Shown one piece after another: positions 26,509 through 32,000 of a stretch of 32,000 bases of DNA. Position numbers and translations under genes: made by a program. Below the pieces are notes generated by a model, which ran no database searches, had not been told where the DNA came from, and saw nothing but the letters and a program-made list of their open reading frames with translations. The DNA is taken from the NCBI RefSeq assembly GCF_001017655.1, contig NZ_CP010904.1:2430001-2462000 (forward strand). Direction: 5' to 3'. The stretch is from Kiritimatiella glycovorans. GTDB lineage: Bacteria; Verrucomicrobiota; Kiritimatiellia; Kiritimatiellales; Kiritimatiellaceae. Each line of letters opens with the position of its first letter. Positions within the stretch are counted from its first letter, which is position 1.

Positions 26509-27503
26509 CGGAAGGGGGCGATCACGTCCATGTCCGGGAACCGCCCGCGCACGCCGGCCTCGTCCCGCTCCCGGAAGAGCAGCTTGACGTTCGGGCCGGC
26601 GTCGATGGTGGCGTACACCTCCGTGCCGGCGTCGCGCAGCTCCCGGACCCCGTGCAGCGCGGCCACCGTCTCCGCCCGCCAGTACAGCAGCGGCGGGCGC
26701 GCATCGAGCATCGTGGCGTGCATCGACATCGCGTTCGCCTCGGCCGTCGCTCCGAAGCGGGTAAAATCGCCGGCGCGAATCGCATCCCGCAGCAACTGCA
26801 GGTCGACCCGGCAGCGTTCCGCCCATTCACGGAACAGAACGGAGGTGGCCGCGGTACGGTTCATTCCCCCGGTCGAACCGGTCTCCTTCGCCTCCGCGCA
26901 TACAGTCAGAATGCCGACCCGCAGTTCGGGCCATACCTCGGGAAGCCGTTCCGCCAGGCAGTCCGCGCCTCCGGGATCGCGGCCCGCGTGCCACAGGACG
27001 AAGCCGTCATACACCGAGCGCGCCGCGCTGCCGCTGCCGAGACGCGCGAGCTGCGAGAGCGGGGGTCCGGCGAGCTTCCACCCGAAGAGGCGGTCGAGCG
27101 CGAGTGTGAGCGCGGCGAACCCGGAAGCCGAGGAGGCCAGCCCGGCGGCGGTCGGTACGTTGTTTTTCGTGCTCACCTCGAACCGCGCCCCGGGGTCCGG
27201 GCGGAAGAGATCGAGGAAAGCACACAGGCGGCGGGCGAACGGCGTCGAGGCGTCCACGCATGCGCCGTTCAATTCCACCCGGTCCTCCGTCGCCCCCGCG
27301 TCCGCGCGGCGGACGACGGTTTCGGTTCCGAGCGGGCCGAGCGATATCGACAGGCTGGAGCATTGCGGAAGGTTCAGTTCCTCCTCGCGTTTGCCCCAGT
27401 ATTTACACAGCGCGATATTCACCGGCGCGAACGCCCGTCCTTCCGGCTGCTCCGCGCGGGCGGCATCCCGCAGAACCTCATGTACGTATTCCCGCCGATG
27501 CAT
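26475..27503 (-). CDS. mvaD: Diphosphomevalonate decarboxylase
   Basis: 342 aa with ...[30 protein letters not shown]... and the GHMP motif ...[19 protein letters not shown].... Confidence 0.9.
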   Translation of the reverse strand: MHRREYVHEVLRDAARAEQPEGRAFAPVNIALCKYWGKREEELNLPQCSSLSISLGPLGTETVVRRADAGATEDRVELNGACVDASTPFARRLCAFLDLFRPDPGARFEVSTKNNVPTAAGLASSASGFAALTLALDRLFGWKLAGPPLSQLARLGSGSAARSVYDGFVLWHAGRDPGGADCLAERLPEVWPELRVGILTVCAEAKETGSTGGMNRTAATSVLFREWAERCRVDLQLLRDAIRAGDFTRFGATAEANAMSMHATMLDARPPLLYWRAETVAALHGVRELRDAGTEVYATIDAGPNVKLLFRERDEAGVRGRFPDMDVIAPFRQPRNDSCSPR

Positions 27504-27527
27504 CGTATTCGCCGTCGCCTCCCGACC

Positions 27528-28475
27528 TCACGACAGGGTGCAGGTCACACCCGTATTATCCACCTTCAACCGGAACACCGGAAAGCGGAAATCCGGCGCC
27601 CGTTCCGCCCGCCCCCACCCTGCCGCGCAATCTCCGAGACCCGAGCCCGAGATCTTGGCCCCGAAAATGCCCGGCGACGCGCGAAGCGTCTTCGTAATCT
27701 CCGCGAGTTCGGGCGTCTCCAGCCCGAGCGCGCGCATGGCCTCCTGTCCTTCGTCCATCAGCGGCCCGATGCGCTCAGGCCGGTTTTCGCGCAGCGCCGC
27801 TTCCGCCGCCGCGGCGGTCCGGCCGATCGCATCGAAGCAGGCTTCCACGCGCGCCGGCTCCGCGGCGCGGCGCCGCTCGACCTCGGCGATCACTTCCGGC
27901 GTCGGCCGCTTGTACCCGCAGTACACCGCGGTCAGGGCCTGCGTTACTCCGAACCGGCGCGGCGCGGCGTCGCCGGGCCCCACGGCGGTCAGCCCGCCGT
28001 ACACGCTCGCCGCGGCATCCGTCCCCGACGCCCTGCCCTGTACTGCGCGAATGGTGTCCACGCTCCGCCGGAAGACTTCCGCGCGCCACGGCCGCTCTGC
28101 TTCCTCCGGGCGCGTCCGGCGGAGGCACGCGCCGTGAAGCGCGGCGGTCACCGCGGCGGACGTGCCGAACCCCACGTCGGAGCGGCAGGCGGATTCGATA
28201 TCGACGGCGAGGCCGCCGCGGAATACTTCAGCGTACGGGCGCAGGGCGGCCGCGACAAAGCGCAGCGGTCCCTGCTCCGGCAGGTCGCGCCACGTCCCCT
28301 CGAACCGGCCGGCCGAAGATACGATCCGCAGCACGTCCTCATCGAGCGGGCGGAGACACACGGTGATGCGTCGGTCGATCGCCGCCGCCAGCGCCGGGCG
28401 TCCGTGGAGGACGGCGTGTTCGCCGAAGAGCATGAGGCTGCCCGGCGCGGAGACCCTGATGGAACGCCGGTCCAT
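27528..28475 (-). CDS. mvaK2: Phosphomevalonate kinase (GHMP kinase family)
   Basis: I chose the start MDRRSIRVSAPGSLMLFGEHAVLHGRPALAAAI.... Motifs are ...DVGFGTSAAVTAAL... and ...GAKISGSGLGDC.... The TGATG junction with mvaK1 is at 28473-28477. The track ORF to 29144 is an in-frame extension through mvaK1. Confidence 0.7.
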   Translation of the reverse strand: MDRRSIRVSAPGSLMLFGEHAVLHGRPALAAAIDRRITVCLRPLDEDVLRIVSSAGRFEGTWRDLPEQGPLRFVAAALRPYAEVFRGGLAVDIESACRSDVGFGTSAAVTAALHGACLRRTRPEEAERPWRAEVFRRSVDTIRAVQGRASGTDAAASVYGGLTAVGPGDAAPRRFGVTQALTAVYCGYKRPTPEVIAEVERRRAAEPARVEACFDAIGRTAAAAEAALRENRPERIGPLMDEGQEAMRALGLETPELAEITKTLRASPGIFGAKISGSGLGDCAAGWGRAERAPDFRFPVFRLKVDNTGVTCTLS

Positions 28476-29482
28476 CAGCCGATCATCCGCGTACCCAGGG
28501 GATCGCCGCGCACGGGCGAGACCGTGTAGCCGTACTCCCGGCACAGCTCCGCGGGGGCCTCGTCGGCCAGCACGAGCACGACGCCGCCGGCCTCGCCGCG
28601 CACCGCGCCCGCGCCGCAGATCTTGGCCGCGCCGCCGCGGGCCTCGACGGCATCGACGAACCGTCCGACCTTTTCGGGAACGACCCCCAGCCGCACCAGC
28701 TTGCGGTGGTTCTCCCTGACGCCGGCGCGGAGGCGCAGCGGATCGTTGTCGAGCACGGCACGGTCGACCTCCTCCGTGATCCCGGCGAACTCCGACCAGA
28801 TCGAACTTGCAGCGAATTCCCGCGCCACCGCCTCCACGCATTCGCCGGTGGTGCTCTGCGGCACCCCCGTCTCGACCAGATACATCGGCATGCGCGGCAG
28901 CGGACGGGATTCGGCGCGCCCCTCCCGGAAGCGGGCGCAGCCGCCGTGGAGCGAGATATAGCTGTCGACACCGCTGGGCCGCCCGTGCTGCATGCGCTCC
29001 GCCTCGAGGCTGAAGTCGTAGTACCAGTCCGGGCGGAACTCCACGCGGAAGTAGTGGCCGAGGGCGCGGATCTCGCTGAGCACCGTGGCGGCGGACGAGC
29101 CCAGTCCGCAGCCCATCGGGATGGTGGACCGGACCTGCAGGCACAGACCGCTGTCGAGCTGGTAGTGAAGTCCGTCGAGCACCATGATGAAGGCGTACTT
29201 GAAGAGATCCACGGGTTTGGCGATCACGTCGCGGATACCCAGATCTCCGCGCAGAAACAACCGGTAGTTCTTCATCACGCGGCTCTTGAAATCTTCGAGC
29301 GCGAGCAGGGTGAAAGAGTCGCCGGCCCCCTCGCCGGGGAGGTCGAACGACACCCCCTCGCCGCGCCCCGGGAGCAGCACGGAGTGTGCGCTGCGGTCGA
29401 TCGCCATCGCCAGCGCCGGCGCGCCGTAGACCACGGCGTGTTCACCGCTCAGGATCAGTTTTCCGGGAGCCACCGCTTTCAT
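28475..29482 (-). CDS. mvaK1: Mevalonate kinase
   Basis: Translation reads MKAVAPGKLILSGEHAVVYGAPALAMAIDR... with ...IPMGCGLGSSAATV.... I chose Met 11 of track ORF 28475..29512. Confidence 0.82.
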   Translation of the reverse strand: MKAVAPGKLILSGEHAVVYGAPALAMAIDRSAHSVLLPGRGEGVSFDLPGEGAGDSFTLLALEDFKSRVMKNYRLFLRGDLGIRDVIAKPVDLFKYAFIMVLDGLHYQLDSGLCLQVRSTIPMGCGLGSSAATVLSEIRALGHYFRVEFRPDWYYDFSLEAERMQHGRPSGVDSYISLHGGCARFREGRAESRPLPRMPMYLVETGVPQSTTGECVEAVAREFAASSIWSEFAGITEEVDRAVLDNDPLRLRAGVRENHRKLVRLGVVPEKVGRFVDAVEARGGAAKICGAGAVRGEAGGVVLVLADEAPAELCREYGYTVSPVRGDPLGTRMIG

Positions 29483-29725
29483 CGTTTCCTCCCGATGCCG
29501 CGACCGCGGCACCCTGCCCCATCCTCAACCGCACCCCGCCGCATGTCAAGGTTGCCGCGGACGGGGCCGGCTGTTCTCATCATGGCGGCATTCCGACCGC
29601 GGACGGCGTGGCAGCCGTCCCTCCCGAGTCGATATCCGACGCCTTTTCGGGCATTGGGAGGGTCGGGTGCCACCCCGACCGAAAAGGGTGAAGCCATCAT
29701 GAGAATCGCTGGGACGGGGCGGTGA

Positions 29726-30913
29726 TCACAGGCTCGGCGTACCTTCATCCACAGCCTCGTAGGTGCGTTTATGGTTGCTGATGCCGGCGAGGCGGTACGG
29801 TCCGGTGCGGTACTGCGGCAGCACGTGATCCGCACCGTCCTCGGGGAGCAGGAAGTGGTAGATATCCTCGTACTGGCGATAGGTGAGCGGTTCGCGGTTC
29901 GCGAGCATGGCGCGGTGCTGCTGCGTGTAGAGCGCCTGCCGGTAGCCCGGCTGCACGACGCCGCTGAACCACTCGCCGACGCATCCCGAACCGTAACTGA
30001 ACAGGCCCAGGCGGCACTGCGCGAGATCCTTTCCCGGGGCGTCGAGCAGGGAGGTCAGCGCGACATACAGCGAGGCCGCGTAGCAGTTTCCGGTGACGCG
30101 GGCGTACTCGCGCGTGCCTTCCAGCCACTCCTCGATCCGCTTCCCGTCCGCCTCCGCATGCAGCGCGCGCGCGAGCCGGACCTGTGCCTTTTCGGCCATG
30201 CGGCTGAACGGCAGGTGGTAGCAGAACCGCTCGAAGTCCTCCAGCCCGCGGCCGCTCTGACCGGCGTAGTCCCGCCAGCAGTGCAGCATCGTGTCGATAT
30301 AGACGCGCGTGGAGTACTTGCCGTCGACCAGCGCCTCGCGGCGGTAATTCGGCCGCCAGAAATCCATCACGTCCTCGGCATGATATCCCGCTTCGGGGTC
30401 CAGGGCGAGAACCGCGGGGTCGGCCGCGACCGTAAAGGCGACGGCCCCGCACCCCTGGGTGGCTTCGCCGGGGTTTTCCAGCTCGTAGCGCGCGACATCG
30501 GAAGCGATCACGAGTGCCTTGCGGCCGGGGCTCCCCCGCACGTGGGCTGCGGCGAGCTGGAGCGCCGCGGTCGCGCTGTAGCAGGCCTGTTTCACTTCCA
30601 GGACGCGGCAGCGGGAGGGAAGATCCAGCAGGCCGTGGATGAACAGGCCGCCCGCCTTCGACTGGTCCACACCGCTCTCCGTGGCGAACAGGAGCAGGTC
30701 GATGTCGTCCAGTTTCCCGTCGCGCCGCAGCGGGTGGGCCGCGCTGGCACCGAGCGTCACGGCGTCCTCATCCGGCGGCGCCACGCTCATGCGTTCCTGC
30801 CCGAGGCCCTGAAGGTACTTTTTCGGGTCGACCGAACGCGCCTCCGCCAGTTTCTCGAGATCGAAGGCGTACTGCGCGGTGTAGAAACTGATGCTGTCGA
30901 TGCCGATATTCAT
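29726..30913 (-). CDS. mvaS: Hydroxymethylglutaryl-CoA synthase
   Basis: 395 aa. Translation reads MNIGIDSISFYTAQYAFDLEKLAEARSVDPKKYLQGLGQERMSV...FATESGVDQSKAGG...EVKQACYSATAALQLA, which includes the catalytic Cys context. Confidence 0.92.
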   Translation of the reverse strand: MNIGIDSISFYTAQYAFDLEKLAEARSVDPKKYLQGLGQERMSVAPPDEDAVTLGASAAHPLRRDGKLDDIDLLLFATESGVDQSKAGGLFIHGLLDLPSRCRVLEVKQACYSATAALQLAAAHVRGSPGRKALVIASDVARYELENPGEATQGCGAVAFTVAADPAVLALDPEAGYHAEDVMDFWRPNYRREALVDGKYSTRVYIDTMLHCWRDYAGQSGRGLEDFERFCYHLPFSRMAEKAQVRLARALHAEADGKRIEEWLEGTREYARVTGNCYAASLYVALTSLLDAPGKDLAQCRLGLFSYGSGCVGEWFSGVVQPGYRQALYTQQHRAMLANREPLTYRQYEDIYHFLLPEDGADHVLPQYRTGPYRLAGISNHKRTYEAVDEGTPSL

Positions 30914-31983
30914 GCCGGATGTATGCCTCCGCGGGGACCGGCTTCATATTCACCGTCTCCGACAATCCACTGTTCCTGTCCTATCAAATATTCCGGGCGG
31001 CGGCAGCCGAGCAGGAAGAGGGCCAGACGGAACTCCTCGCGGTAGCGTCGGATGACCGCGCAGACCGCGTCCTCCGACTCCATCGCGGGCGCCAGCAGCG
31101 GGCGCGCCGCGCTGCCCAGCGAAGCGCCGAGAATCATCGCCCGGGCGATATCGACACCGGACCGGATGCCGCCGGAACCGATCAGCGTCGCGCCTTCCGA
31201 GCGAAGCGGAGAGAGGCGGCGCAGCGCCTGCGGCGCGGGTACGCCCCAGTCGGCGAAGGCCGCGGCCCGCGCGCGGCGCTCGGCATCGTCGCCGCGGCGA
31301 CTCTCCACATAGCTCCAGGAGGTGCCCCCGGCCCCGGCCGCATCGAAGTAGCGGACGCCTGCGGGGATGAGCGCACGCAGGTCGTCGGGGTGCAGACCGG
31401 CCCCCACCTCCTTGACCAGTACGGGCCGGTCGAGCGCCTCGGCGACCGCCCCGATCCGGGAGGCCAGTCCGCCGAAGGTGGGGGTGCCTTCGCGCTGCAC
31501 TGCTTCCTGAAGCGGATTGAGGTGCAGGTAGAGGCCGTCGGCCGCGAGCACGTCCACGGCTGCGCGGCATTCCTCGATCCCCATCCCCTGCCTGAGCTGC
31601 ACGGCGCCGAGGTTGGCGATCAGGGGCACCTCCGGGGCCAGCGGCCGCAGATCGAATGCCGCGCGCGCCTGCGGGTCCGAGAACATGACGCGCTGGGAGC
31701 CGACGGCCATGGCGACCCGTTCCCTGCGCGCCGCTGCGGCGAGGTTCCGGTTGATGCGGCGGAGCTGCCCGTCCGCTCCGCCGGTCATGGAAGCCATCAT
31801 GAACGGGAACGAGAGGCGGTGTCCCAGGAACTCGCAGGACGGATCCACCTCGTCGAGGTCCAGTTCCGGCAGGGCGCGATGATCGAGGCGCAGGGCGGCG
31901 AACGCACCGGCACTGCGGTCCGCCGCGGCCTCTTCCGCCGCGATACGCACATGATCGGCTTTACGCTGACTCATCGGCTCCAT
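30910..31983 (-). CDS. fni: Type 2 (FMN-dependent) isopentenyl-diphosphate delta-isomerase
   Basis: Translation reads M(EPM)SQRKADHVRIA...FPFMMASMTGG...LVKEVGAGL...DAAGAGGTSW.... The stop forms an ATGA overlap with the mvaS start at 30910-30913. The true start may be the second Met at 31974, which makes an ATGA overlap with an upstream open frame. Confidence 0.9.
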   Translation of the reverse strand: MEPMSQRKADHVRIAAEEAAADRSAGAFAALRLDHRALPELDLDEVDPSCEFLGHRLSFPFMMASMTGGADGQLRRINRNLAAAARRERVAMAVGSQRVMFSDPQARAAFDLRPLAPEVPLIANLGAVQLRQGMGIEECRAAVDVLAADGLYLHLNPLQEAVQREGTPTFGGLASRIGAVAEALDRPVLVKEVGAGLHPDDLRALIPAGVRYFDAAGAGGTSWSYVESRRGDDAERRARAAAFADWGVPAPQALRRLSPLRSEGATLIGSGGIRSGVDIARAMILGASLGSAARPLLAPAMESEDAVCAVIRRYREEFRLALFLLGCRRPEYLIGQEQWIVGDGEYEAGPRGGIHPA

Positions 31984-32000
31984 CGCGGCGCGATACTCCC
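31971..32000 (-). CDS. Possible 3' end of an upstream co-oriented gene entering from the right edge. HMG-CoA reductase would complete the pathway, but nothing here identifies it
   Basis: The frame is open over the last 9 codons (GSIAPRWSR) and ends in a TGA that overlaps the ATG at 31974. That is too little sequence for any identification. Confidence 0.2.
   Translation of the reverse strand, partial: GSIAPRWSR

Noticed and set aside
25738-31045. Long alternative-frame or antisense ORFs, for example 25738..26826 (minus), 26385..28529 (plus), 26530..28137 (plus), 28706..29725 (plus), 29771..31045 (plus) and 30950..31570 (minus)
   Set aside because: They overlap the pseudouridine synthase and mevalonate-pathway genes, which carry clear catalytic motifs. 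The alternatives are Arg/Pro/Gly/Ala-rich with no motifs.

Overview
The window comes from a high-GC bacterial chromosome and splits into two parts. No database search was possible, so every product call rests on motifs read by eye from the translations.

Left part (about 1-12850) is a lower-GC block:
- A partial RayT/IS200-like Y1 transposase gene at the left edge.
- A 40-repeat, 39-spacer type I-E CRISPR array (825-3233), read on the minus strand.
- A complete minus-strand type I-E cas operon in the order cas3-cse1-cse2-cas6e-cas7-cas5-cas1-cas2.
- At the head of the operon, co-oriented with it, a fused XRE-HTH / ImmA-IrrE-like protein. Its HEXXH zinc site reads YELGR.
- A 61-aa ORF whose 3' end overlaps the cas3 start.
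- An AT-rich divergent control region with an ATTCAT-N6-ATGAAT palindrome, and two tiny ATGA-coupled plus-strand ORFs, one of them a single-TM peptide.

I consider this regulator, small-ORF and mini-ORF module the most likely undescribed element.

Right part (about 13100-32000) is high-GC core genome:
- rpoN, an MBL-fold hydrolase, a DUF4143-type ATPase fragment lacking its P-loop domain, and gatCAB.
- A 600-bp convergent intergenic region packed with long palindromes, a 17-bp inverted-repeat element and 6-bp and 9-bp tandem repeats.
- An uncharacterised four-gene minus-strand cassette: NMO-like flavoprotein, B12-type radical SAM, U32-like protein, M20 peptidase.
- An RsuA/RluF-type pseudouridine synthase.
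- A mevalonate-pathway operon: fni, mvaS, mvaK1, mvaK2, mvaD.

I found no tRNA or rRNA genes. Many long ORFs in the supplied track are antisense shadows of real genes in GC-rich DNA, or translations of the CRISPR repeat.
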